Below, one piece after another: positions 35,216 through 42,966 of a stretch of 43,038 nt of DNA (position 1 is the stretch's first letter; every line of letters starts with the position of its first letter). Origin of the DNA: Nanobdellota archaeon (GTDB taxonomy: Archaea; Nanobdellota; Nanobdellia; Pacearchaeales; GW2011-AR1); contig JBBTAK010000011.1 in the NCBI GenBank assembly GCA_038044245.1, forward strand, positions 1 to 43,038. The letters run 5' to 3'. Under the pieces are notes generated by a model. That model searched no databases. It was not told the DNA's origin and saw nothing but the letters and a program-made list of their open reading frames with translations. The position numbers and the translations under genes are program-made.

Positions 35216-36406
35216 TTACTTCTGCAGGTATTCAACTTCTTCTTCAGAAAGCCTGAGCTCTTTCTGTATTTCCGGATTCAAAAGGAAAGGCTTTATCATC
35301 GGAAATTCCCTCATGGCCCTTTTCTCACCTATATGAACATGCTGTGAATATTTGCTTGCTATAGATTTCTTTTGTTCTGTTCGCTGATTATTCAGCCATA
35401 TTTTAAGAATTCTCGTTGGTTTTTTGTAATTTGTAAACCCTGTCTTTTGGGAGGCATTTTTTTTTGCGCTGGAAATTCCATAGCTCAACAAGGCGTTTTC
35501 ATAGATGAGAAATCGCCAGTATTGCTGCCTATAAATTCTTTTTTTGAAGATATCGACCCTGCTAAGAGCATTTATTGCTCTTGCCAATTCCTCTCCAGAA
35601 TATTCTGCAGGAATATTTTCCTCTATCCACAGCATTATTTCGTCTATTGGCATGTTCACAGAATCAAAGAGCTGCAGCATGCTTTCTGTAGGCTTTCCTT
35701 TGAAAATCATCCTTAAGGCAGAGAAAATATCCAGCTCCTTGTTTCTTTCATCAAAGATTATTTCCTCTGGTTTCTGCATGCCAGAGGCTGTCTGCAGATC
35801 GTTTATGGCAGCTCTCAAATCTCCCCTGGCTTTCACAGATATGTTTGTGAGGATATCCATGTCCAGGAATTTTTTTTCCTTCCTCAGGATAGAAATCATT
35901 ATGTTCTTTATTGTTTTGTAGTCTATCTCTTTCAGCTGTATCATGTCTGATTTTTTTCTCAATGCCGTGAATTTCCTGTCCCAGATATCATTCGCAGTTA
36001 TCACAAGAGGATATGCAGATGACTCTGCCAACGCCAGCAACTCAAGCAAACCGCCTTTGTCTGTTTCTGAAATTCCATCCACTTCATCAACAAGGATTAT
36101 CTTGTTCTTTTTTGTAAGGGATTTTTGCTCTGTTGCAGGCCGCAGAATCTCGCGAAGCTTTTCCCTGTCCCTCAAGTCAGAAGCATTCAGCTCAAAGAGC
36201 TCTGCCTTATTTTCATTCGCAGCCGCAAAGGCAAGAGAGGTTTTTCCTGTTCCCGGAGGGCCATGAATTATAACTGCCTTATTCCCTCCGCTAAAAAACT
36301 TTTTCAGAAAATCTTTCAGGAGAAAAACAGCCTGCTCCTGGCCCTCAACCTCTGAAAAATTCCCCGGCCTGTATTTTTCTGTCCAGTTTATTGCTTTTTC
36401 AGACAT
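35216..36406 (-). CDS. rfcL: Replication factor C, large subunit
   Basis: [40 protein letters not shown]. Confidence 0.88.
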   Translation of the reverse strand: MSEKAINWTEKYRPGNFSEVEGQEQAVFLLKDFLKKFFSGGNKAVIIHGPPGTGKTSLAFAAANENKAELFELNASDLRDREKLREILRPATEQKSLTKKNKIILVDEVDGISETDKGGLLELLALAESSAYPLVITANDIWDRKFTALRKKSDMIQLKEIDYKTIKNIMISILRKEKKFLDMDILTNISVKARGDLRAAINDLQTASGMQKPEEIIFDERNKELDIFSALRMIFKGKPTESMLQLFDSVNMPIDEIMLWIEENIPAEYSGEELARAINALSRVDIFKKRIYRQQYWRFLIYENALLSYGISSAKKNASQKTGFTNYKKPTRILKIWLNNQRTEQKKSIASKYSQHVHIGEKRAMREFPMIKPFLLNPEIQKELRLSEEEVEYLQK

Positions 36407-36419
36407 CTTAGTCCTCTTT

Positions 36420-37379
36420 TTATTTCCCCAAACCAGCTAGAACAAAGCTCGCCAGCAGGGATTGCAGCTGAATGAAAGGGTCGCTGCCCTCAACAATCCT
36501 GAATTCGGCTTCTCCTGTTTTTTCCGTAAGCTTTACCTTTATCTCGGGTTCAACAGGAAGATTCCATATTTCTTTCTGTATTGATTTTATCACATCCTGG
36601 CCTGAAATGCTTTCCTTAAGCATAACGTCAAGGAGTTTTTCCTTAGCTTTCTGGAAATCTCCTGAAATTGCATAATCCAAGACAACATGAATGTCTTTAG
36701 GTTTTGCATTGGAAATTATTGTTGATACGAGTTCGTAATTTATGGAAGGAGAAATAGAAGCAGTTGATTGAAGAATGTTAATGCATCTTCTGCAGTCGCC
36801 CTCACTTCCCTCGTAAATGAGTTCCAAAGCATCCGGACTTATTGTTAATTTCTCCCCCCCCTCTATTTTTCTTATAATTTTTTCTATATCCTTTTTTTCC
36901 AAGAGCTTGAACCTGAAAATAGCACATCTGGATTGTATAGGATCTATGATCTTGCTTGAATAGTTGCAGGAAAGGACAAACCTGCATGTTGCAGAATAAT
37001 TTTCCATAGTTCTCCTCAATGCCTGCTGTGCTTCAGGAGTCAAGGCATCAGCTTCATCAAGAAAAATTATCTTAAAAGGCACGTTTCCTATTGATTTTGT
37101 CCTTGCAAAGTTTTTGACCTTCTCCCTTACGACGTTGATGCCCCTTTCATCAGAGGCGTTCAATTCCAGGTAATTCTCGTGCCAGTTTTTTCCGAAAAGT
37201 TCCTTGACTGTTATAAGGGCTAGCGTTGACTTTCCTGTTCCTGCAGGACCTGCAAAAAGAAGATGGGGTATGTTCAAGGAGTTAGTCAGGGACTGGACCT
37301 TCTTTACAGTATTATCCTGTCCAACAACTTCTTCAAATTTAGAAGGTCTATATTTCTCTGTCCAGATTTCAGAAGCCAT
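36420..37379 (-). CDS. rfcS: Replication factor C, small subunit
   Basis: WTEKYRPSKFEEVVGQ, AGPAGTGKST, IIFLDEADALT, SRC motif (IQSRCAIFRF). No intein. Confidence 0.92.
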   Translation of the reverse strand: MASEIWTEKYRPSKFEEVVGQDNTVKKVQSLTNSLNIPHLLFAGPAGTGKSTLALITVKELFGKNWHENYLELNASDERGINVVREKVKNFARTKSIGNVPFKIIFLDEADALTPEAQQALRRTMENYSATCRFVLSCNYSSKIIDPIQSRCAIFRFKLLEKKDIEKIIRKIEGGEKLTISPDALELIYEGSEGDCRRCINILQSTASISPSINYELVSTIISNAKPKDIHVVLDYAISGDFQKAKEKLLDVMLKESISGQDVIKSIQKEIWNLPVEPEIKVKLTEKTGEAEFRIVEGSDPFIQLQSLLASFVLAGLGK

Positions 37380-37507
37380 TTTTTAAGTTATTTGTCAAAT
37401 TTTTATGTTATTTGACGCATCAATTTGACCTTTGATGCAAGGTATTATCTCTTAGGAAAAATCAACTTATAAATATTGCTGTGCTATTTTCAAAATATCA
37501 GAATAAA

Positions 37508-37624
37508 TTAGATTGACCTTTCACGTCTTAATTTTCTCTTGCGTTTCTCTTTTCTAAGGCGCTTTCTCTGCCATTTCCAGCGCATCTGCCCTTTCTTTTT
37601 CCATCTTCGGCTTGAACGTTTCAT
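37508..37624 (-). CDS. rpl41e: Ribosomal protein L41e (38 aa; below the ORF-track cutoff)
   Basis: Minus strand translates to MKRSSRRWKKKGQMRWKWQRKRLRKEKRKRKLRRERSI. This matches the KRSSRRWKKKG.MRWKW core of archaeal L41e. Confidence 0.8.
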   Translation of the reverse strand: MKRSSRRWKKKGQMRWKWQRKRLRKEKRKRKLRRERSI

Positions 37625-37663
37625 AATGGAGTTTGGAGAAAACTCTTTATAAAGATTTCCAAC

Positions 37664-38092
37664 TCAGTTTACTAAATGTAAAAAAAGTAGATTATCAAGA
37701 ATCATTTCTTCTTTGAATATCTGCTCCTTGACCTTTGAGATAAACATCCTTCCGTCATTATCAAGGGCGATTTTGATATGGTCTTTGTCTTTTGATCTGA
37801 TTGCACCGATGATGACTCTTATATGGCCACTGATTCTTCTAGGATCAATCAATATCATATCTTTAGAAATATTTGCTTCGTTGTTACCTTTATTTATCTC
37901 GTTTAGTAGGGATTCTTCGTGTTTTTTATGCTGCGATAACAAGTCCAGGATTTTGTAAAAAATATCAACCAAATTATTATAATCAAGATCGTTCTTATCT
38001 ATAACTTTTTCAAGTTCTAAAATCTCATAGAAAATCTTTGCGTGATCTTTTTTTTCTTTTTCAAGATACTGTATGCTATTCATACAATACAA
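37664..38092 (-). CDS. Hypothetical protein, possibly hemerythrin-like
   Basis: Helical 142-aa protein with DHAKIF and SQHKKHEE (H..HE pattern). AT-rich. Weak call. Confidence 0.35.
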   Translation of the reverse strand: MYCMNSIQYLEKEKKDHAKIFYEILELEKVIDKNDLDYNNLVDIFYKILDLLSQHKKHEESLLNEINKGNNEANISKDMILIDPRRISGHIRVIIGAIRSKDKDHIKIALDNDGRMFISKVKEQIFKEEMILDNLLFLHLVN

Positions 38093-38170
38093 AAGAGAAA
38101 CTTTTTTATAAGATTTTACAATCCTTGATTAGTGATAAAAATCAAAATCGGAATTTTTATGCTCTTTTAA

Positions 38171-38830
38171 TCATCTGCTCCTTGTAACTCCTATTCTCGG
38201 GCAGTATTTTCTCACAGGGCATTGGGAGCATTTTGGTGAAATTGGCTGGCATATTGTCTGGCCAAAAAGAACAAACAAGGCATTAAATTCAGGCCAGTAT
38301 CTTATCGGAAGAATGGATTCCAAGGCTTTTTCTGTCTGCTCTGGTGTTTTTGTCGAAATCCAACCGAGTCTGTTGGGAATCCTATGGCAATGGGTGTCTA
38401 TTGGAAGCACGGATTTTCCATAGGCGAAAGCAAGAACAATGTTCGCTGTTTTAGGACCTATTCCCTTAATAGATAAAAGCTCCTCTTTTGTGTCCGGGAC
38501 TTTTGAATTGAATCTTGTTATCAATTCTCTGGAAACGTGCTGCAAGGTTCTGGATTTTTTTTTGTAATGGCCTGAGGAAAATATGATTTTTTCAAGTTTT
38601 TTAATAGGAAGCCTTATTATTCTTTCAGGAGTGTCTGCGACTTTGAAAAGAGCAGAGCTTGCCTTCTCTGTATTTTTGTCCTGCGTCCGCAGAGAAAGAA
38701 GGCAGGCAATAAGAACTTTGAAAGGGTCTGGCTTTTGGCGCATCCTGTTTAATGTTGTTCTTTCCTTGTAATCAAAATGCTGTGCGAGAAGGTCCATAAC
38801 TTTTGAGATGTTTTGCTGATAGAGGTTCAT
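38171..38830 (-). CDS. nth: Endonuclease III (HhH-GPD DNA glycosylase/lyase)
   Basis: LLSLRTQD, HhH LLSIKGIGPKTANIVL, catalytic-region PIDTHCHR, Fe-S loop CQPISPKCSQCPVRKYC. Confidence 0.9.
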   Translation of the reverse strand: MNLYQQNISKVMDLLAQHFDYKERTTLNRMRQKPDPFKVLIACLLSLRTQDKNTEKASSALFKVADTPERIIRLPIKKLEKIIFSSGHYKKKSRTLQHVSRELITRFNSKVPDTKEELLSIKGIGPKTANIVLAFAYGKSVLPIDTHCHRIPNRLGWISTKTPEQTEKALESILPIRYWPEFNALFVLFGQTICQPISPKCSQCPVRKYCPRIGVTRSR

Positions 38831-38870
38831 CTGCAGTTAAGAAATCCCCCACTTATAAATTTTTAAGACA

Positions 38871-39041
38871 CGCCCCGACCGAGATTCGAACTCGGGTCAC
38901 GGCCGTTCCCTAAGGACAAAGACTGCATTGAGATGCTAGACCTATTCTCTCAACGAGATTGGGTCGTCTTTGTGTAAAACGCCGGCTCGAAAGCCGTCAT
39001 TTTTGAGAGGGCCGCATTCTTGGCCTCTGAACTATCGGGGC
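38871..39041 (-). tRNA. tRNA-Glu (CUC) with a 98-nt intron at 37/38
   Basis: 5' exon 39041-39004: GCCCCGAUAGUUCAGAGGCCAAGAAUGCGGCCCUCUCA. 3' exon 38905-38871: CGGCCGUGACCCGAGUUCGAAUCUCGGUCGGGGCG. 7-bp acceptor stem, all stems pair, GUUCGAAUC T-loop. Intron 38906-39003. Confidence 0.88.
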
Positions 39042-39115
39042 AGACATTCTTCAAACTTCTTTAATAGAGCGAGAAAAAGGTATTAAAAACTTGTTATTTG
39101 ATTGGGCTTTGAAAA

Positions 39116-39529
39116 TCAATTATTTTTAATCAGCTTTCTCGCACTCTCAATTCCAAGCCAGAAAACAAGAGAATGATAGACCCACCAGAAAAATGGACTT
39201 AAAAAAACTCCAAACAACACAAAAGGCGGCGGACTTGATAATGCATAAATTCCAAAAAATTGTATCAACCCGGAGTAAGAAGAAATTAAGTATGTGAATG
39301 AAATCCATGTTCCTGCAACAAAAGCATAGATAATTCTCTTGTAAATTTTGCCGCTGTCAATAACTGCAAACCAGATGAATGAAAGCAGGAACGAATTTAC
39401 AAGTTTCAGGACATAGTAATAATTGCTTTCTCCAACTCCTGTAAAATGAAGCACAAAATCTGCAAGCCAGAAGATAATAACAGCAATGATAATTTTATAC
39501 CATATATTTTTTGTGACTTTTATGCTCAT
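39116..39529 (-). CDS. Hypothetical membrane protein
   Basis: 4 TM helices. Lies 8 nt downstream of the cupredoxin gene. Confidence 0.5.
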   Translation of the reverse strand: MSIKVTKNIWYKIIIAVIIFWLADFVLHFTGVGESNYYYVLKLVNSFLLSFIWFAVIDSGKIYKRIIYAFVAGTWISFTYLISSYSGLIQFFGIYALSSPPPFVLFGVFLSPFFWWVYHSLVFWLGIESARKLIKNN

Positions 39530-39537
39530 TTTTCCTT

Positions 39538-39978
39538 TTATTCAACTACAATTTTCGCTTTCATCCCGGGATGAGGTTTGCAGTGATAGGAAAATGTTCC
39601 TACTTGTGCAAATGTGTGCGAATAAGACTGGCTTACAGATAAAAAAGAAGAATCAAGCTCATTTCCAGAATCAGAGGTGACTGTGTGCTGTGTGCTATCC
39701 ATGTTTGTCCAGGTTACAGTATCCCCTTTCTTTATTGTTAATGTTGATGGTGAAAAGGCAAAACCTTTTATTTCTACAGAATATTCTTGTGGCTGTGTTG
39801 TAGTTTCGTTTTGTATTTCTGTATCTCCTGCTCCAGATTGCGTTCCTGTCTGGCTGTTGTCTGCCGGAACCTGATTATTATAGGAACCTCCCTGCTGGTT
39901 GTTTCCAGAGAAGATAAAAAATCCAGCGACGACTACTGCTGCAAGAATAATTAATAAGACAATCATACCCCCTTTCAT
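39538..39978 (-). CDS. Cupredoxin (amicyanin/plastocyanin-like blue copper protein), membrane-anchored
   Basis: N-terminal TM helix and Gln/Asn/Thr-rich linker. Type-1 Cu ligands: H in STQHTVT, and YHCKPHPGM (C-x2-H-x2-M). Confidence 0.8.
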   Translation of the reverse strand: MKGGMIVLLIILAAVVVAGFFIFSGNNQQGGSYNNQVPADNSQTGTQSGAGDTEIQNETTTQPQEYSVEIKGFAFSPSTLTIKKGDTVTWTNMDSTQHTVTSDSGNELDSSFLSVSQSYSHTFAQVGTFSYHCKPHPGMKAKIVVE

Positions 39979-40000
39979 TTTAAAATTTATTTAATTAGAT

Positions 40001-40255
40001 CTATTTAACGAGGAAGACGGCATCGTTTGGCCTTACTTTTTCCGGGACCTTTATCCCTATGTGGTCGCCCTTTTTTGCAACCTTTACAGAATTCCTCTCT
40101 ATCTGCATGCTTCCAACCTTTACCTCAAAGTCACTGGTGTGGCCCTTTATGCGAATCTTGTCTCCCACCTTAAGGCCAGAGGAAAGCTTTATTGCGGCAA
40201 CTCCAACATGGCTAAAAAATCCCGATACCCTTCCTATTTCCTTTTCATCCGCCAT
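40001..40255 (-). CDS. Small beta-barrel protein, EF-Tu domain-2-like
   Basis: 84 aa. GRVSGFFSHVGVAAIKLSSGLKVGDKIRIKG...ERNSVKVAKKGDHIGIKV resembles the translation-factor domain II barrel. Confidence 0.45.
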   Translation of the reverse strand: MADEKEIGRVSGFFSHVGVAAIKLSSGLKVGDKIRIKGHTSDFEVKVGSMQIERNSVKVAKKGDHIGIKVPEKVRPNDAVFLVK

Positions 40256-40351
40256 GATTTATACAAGGGGCAGGGATATTTAAATTTACTGCTGGTTAAT
40301 CATGTCTTAAATCTTAATAATGCTTAAATACGCACAACTCCTGTAAAATGC

Positions 40352-40513
40352 ATGACGAGTAGTAATCCAAACTGTCCAAAATGCAAAGGAGCAGGAAGAG
40401 TCAGGGAGAAAGACGGAACTGTTCATGTTTGCTACGATTGCTTAAGAAAGGGAGAGCTGGACCAGCATGCCAAAGATCCTAAGACTGCTGAAGATTTCAG
40501 GATAAAGTTATAA
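40352..40513 (+). CDS. Hypothetical 53-aa zinc-finger protein (not in the ORF track)
   Basis: MTSSNPNCPKCKGAGRVREKDGTVHVCYDCLRKGELDQHAKDPKTAEDFRIKL. DnaJ-type CxxCxGxG plus a second CxxC. Confidence 0.4.
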   Translation: MTSSNPNCPKCKGAGRVREKDGTVHVCYDCLRKGELDQHAKDPKTAEDFRIKL

Positions 40514-40543
40514 TTCTCAGAAGAATTCTTACAATTGAAGAAA

Positions 40544-40616
40544 TAGCCTCGCCAGGATTCGAACCTGGGTTACAGCCTCCAGAGGGCTGTGTCCGTGACC
40601 GCTAGACGACGAGGCT
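40544..40616 (-). tRNA. tRNA-Gln (CUG), intron-less
   Basis: AGCCUCGUCGUCUAGCGGUCACGGACACAGCCCUCUGGAGGCUGUAACCCAGGUUCGAAUCCUGGCGAGGCUA. Perfect 7-bp acceptor stem with the A1-U72 pair typical of archaeal tRNA-Gln. Anticodon loop CUCUGGA. Confidence 0.88.
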
Positions 40617-41519
40617 TTTTAACCTTTCTTTGTGCTTATTGTTTGAAAAACCAATCTCTTTTAAATATTTCTTTATCTCCTCTTGTCTTGATATATAAAA
40701 TTGTCTATTATTGATCAATTTTGATGGGTGATATCCCAAATCTAGAAATGCCTTTCTTACGTCATTTAATAAAGTAATATTATGGTTTGTAAAATTTATT
40801 CTAATAAGTCTATAATCTCGTTTTGACATTCGAAAAATAGAGCCATCTGTATCAATTAGGCCTCTTAAGCAAACTCTTAAAAATTGCTTATCTTCAAAAA
40901 TCCATCTGGGAATTGTTGATTGATTTTTTATTTTATTTCCTGGTTTTATTCCCATGGATATAAACAAATTAATAATTTCTTTACTATAGATGTCTAAAAA
41001 CCTTTCATTATATTTTGGTCTTTTTTGTTCAACTGGTTTAAGATTAAATACCTCTTCTACTAATTTTTTTAAGTAATTTATATGATAGTCTTTATCTTTT
41101 TCTAAATCCCCTGCTATTTTTATACAATAAACTCCACCCTTTTTTCCTCTTTTATAAGAACACACATGTCCATCTCCCAAAACTGCTCCTATGAACTCTG
41201 CCAATCTTTCATCAAATTCTATTTTAGGTAATCTTTTAGTAGAACCCTCTGAATTAAGTCCCCCTTTTGATCTGCCCCAGTTATTATCTAATCTTTCTGA
41301 TATAAATTTATCAAAATTCTCATTTGCAAAAAGACAAAGTTTTTTGTAGAGTTCCCCGTCCAAGAGTCTCATTTCATTTTTTAACTCATAATAAAGATAT
41401 TTTTCATTGATACCTAATTTATTAGCTAATTTTTCCCAAGTAGAATTGCCTTTTGCTTTAAGGATTAGTTCTTTTTGCTTACCTTCTTTTAATTTAATTC
41501 TCATCACCTTCAAAATCAA
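40602..41519 (-). CDS. Free-standing double-motif LAGLIDADG homing endonuclease (probable ATG at 41504)
   Basis: LAGLIDADG motifs FIGAVLGDGHV and CLRGLIDTDGSI. The listed start is a TTG at 41519. The last five codons plus the TAG (40602-40616) are the first 15 nt of tRNA-Gln. AT-rich. Confidence 0.85.
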   Translation of the reverse strand: MILKVMRIKLKEGKQKELILKAKGNSTWEKLANKLGINEKYLYYELKNEMRLLDGELYKKLCLFANENFDKFISERLDNNWGRSKGGLNSEGSTKRLPKIEFDERLAEFIGAVLGDGHVCSYKRGKKGGVYCIKIAGDLEKDKDYHINYLKKLVEEVFNLKPVEQKRPKYNERFLDIYSKEIINLFISMGIKPGNKIKNQSTIPRWIFEDKQFLRVCLRGLIDTDGSIFRMSKRDYRLIRINFTNHNITLLNDVRKAFLDLGYHPSKLINNRQFYISRQEEIKKYLKEIGFSNNKHKERLKSLVV

Positions 41520-41523
41520 ATTT

Positions 41524-41533
41524 AATTTATATT
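41524..41533 (-). promoter_or_regulatory. TATA-like box for the second LAGLIDADG gene
   Basis: Minus strand reads AATATAAATT, 20-29 nt upstream of the ATG at 41504. Confidence 0.35.
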
Positions 41534-41562
41534 ACTTTTTGACCACTGCGCCGTGATTAAGG

Positions 41563-41570
41563 TTTATATC
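41563..41570 (+). promoter_or_regulatory. TATA box for the 41592 hydrolase gene
   Basis: TTTATATC lies 22-29 nt upstream of the ATG at 41592. Confidence 0.35.
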
Positions 41571-41591
41571 TCTAATTTTCCATAAGTTAAT

Positions 41592-42047
41592 ATGTTATGG
41601 AGAACCCATCTCGCGATAGCCCTTGCAGTCGCGCTTTATTTCTCAAATCATGTTGACAAGCCGCTGATTTTCATTCCTGTCGTGTTAATTTCCAGTTTTT
41701 TTCCGGATATAGACTCAAGATTTTCCCACATAGGCAAAAAGGCTATATTCAGGCCAGTGCAATGGACAGCTTCCCACAGGGGAATTATTCATAGCTACAC
41801 ACTCTGCATTCTTCTTTCATTTCTTATTGCCCTTGTTTATCCTGTTCTCGCCCTTCCTTTTTTCCTGGGATATGTCTCCCATCTTTTTGCAGACAGCTTT
41901 ACTTCTCAGGGAATAAGACCATTCTGGCCCCTCAAGGCTGTTTCCAGAGGAGCAGTAACCACGGGAGGAAAAACAGATATGGTTATTTTTTACACTTTTG
42001 TTATTATAGATTTAGTATTATTAGGAACAATACTTTATTCATGGTAG
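41592..42047 (+). CDS. Membrane-bound metal-dependent hydrolase (YdjM/DUF457-like)
   Basis: MLWRTHLAIALAV..., FFPDIDSRFSHIG, HRGIIHS, SHLFADSFT. His/Asp-rich motifs alternate with TM helices. Confidence 0.7.
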   Translation: MLWRTHLAIALAVALYFSNHVDKPLIFIPVVLISSFFPDIDSRFSHIGKKAIFRPVQWTASHRGIIHSYTLCILLSFLIALVYPVLALPFFLGYVSHLFADSFTSQGIRPFWPLKAVSRGAVTTGGKTDMVIFYTFVIIDLVLLGTILYSW

Positions 42048-42102
42048 TTTTACTAAATTTCATATTAGAAAAATTTTTATACACGGCTTCCTTCTTGCTT
42101 AA

Positions 42103-42387
42103 ATGAATATACTGATTGTTCTTGTGATAGCTGTCCTGATAATCGCGTTTCTTGCATACAAATGGAACAATGCAAGAACAAAAATCGCCTTCTTTTTCAT
42201 AATCTTTGGATTTTTATTCCTGCTTCTCCTGTACTTTATGCTTAGCGGGCGCCTTGATTTCTCAGACTTGGGTCAGGCATCCTCTTCTGTGAAGGGTTAT
42301 TTCCTTTCTGCTAAGGGATTTGCGGTCAAGGTATTTGAAACAACAGGGAGAGTAATAGGCCGCTTTGGCAGCAATTCAACGGGTTAA
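42103..42387 (+). CDS. Hypothetical small membrane protein
   Basis: 94 aa with two N-terminal TM helices. Confidence 0.45.
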   Translation: MNILIVLVIAVLIIAFLAYKWNNARTKIAFFFIIFGFLFLLLLYFMLSGRLDFSDLGQASSSVKGYFLSAKGFAVKVFETTGRVIGRFGSNSTG

Positions 42388-42388
42388 A

Positions 42389-42586
42389 ATGAAAATCTCC
42401 ATGATTTTGGTCAAGGTTTTGATTTTAGGGGCATTGTTAATAATAAGCAACCAGAACCTGCACATCCTTGTTCCGCAGGAAAGAGGGATTTTTTTGAATT
42501 CTTACTCAGATTGGATAACCAGCATAGCTGGAAAAATTGTTGATATTACAGGGAATGTCGTGAAACTGGAATGGATTCCCAGATAG
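42389..42586 (+). CDS. Hypothetical small membrane/secreted protein
   Basis: The ATG at 42389 lies 1 nt after the previous stop; the track start at 42365 is a TTG. MKISMILVKVLILGALLIISN is signal/TM-like. Confidence 0.4.
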   Translation: MKISMILVKVLILGALLIISNQNLHILVPQERGIFLNSYSDWITSIAGKIVDITGNVVKLEWIPR

Positions 42587-42637
42587 CCCTATTTTATTTC
42601 AGGCAATATTTATAAACTAAAAGAACCATAATAGAAT

Positions 42638-42886
42638 ATGCCCAGAAAATCGGCTGCGAGAGTTGCCCAGAAAGCTTCTATTTTGGAAAGGAAAATAGCT
42701 CTTTCCATAAGAAGTTTCTTCGTTTTTTTGGTATTGTTTGCTGTTTCTTTCATACTTTATCTGCTTTCTTCAAGCGAGCTTTTTGTGAATCTTTTTCAGC
42801 TTCTCTCCATAATTTTTGGATTTTTATCACTTGCACTTCTCATAATTCTGATAATACTTCTAATCCTTAAGTCAGGAAAGAAATAA
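42638..42886 (+). CDS. Hypothetical small membrane protein
   Basis: 82 aa with two TM helices. Confidence 0.45.
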   Translation: MPRKSAARVAQKASILERKIALSIRSFFVFLVLFAVSFILYLLSSSELFVNLFQLLSIIFGFLSLALLIILIILLILKSGKK

Positions 42887-42966
42887 TCATATAAACCTGC
42901 AAACTCAGGAAATTTTTTATAGTCTGATTCTCCACTTATCTTGTTATTAATCATAAAATAACAATC

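Noticed and set aside
41541-41557. gaccactgcgccgtgat (minus strand AUCACGGCGCAGUGGUC) looked like a displaced tRNA 5' fragment upstream of the second endonuclease gene. That would be analogous to the duplicated nre tail.
   Set aside because: Only the generic D-loop GGUC/AG part matches tRNA-Gln (about 11 of 22 nt). Position 8 would be C rather than U, and no acceptor-stem similarity exists. This is not enough to call a duplication.
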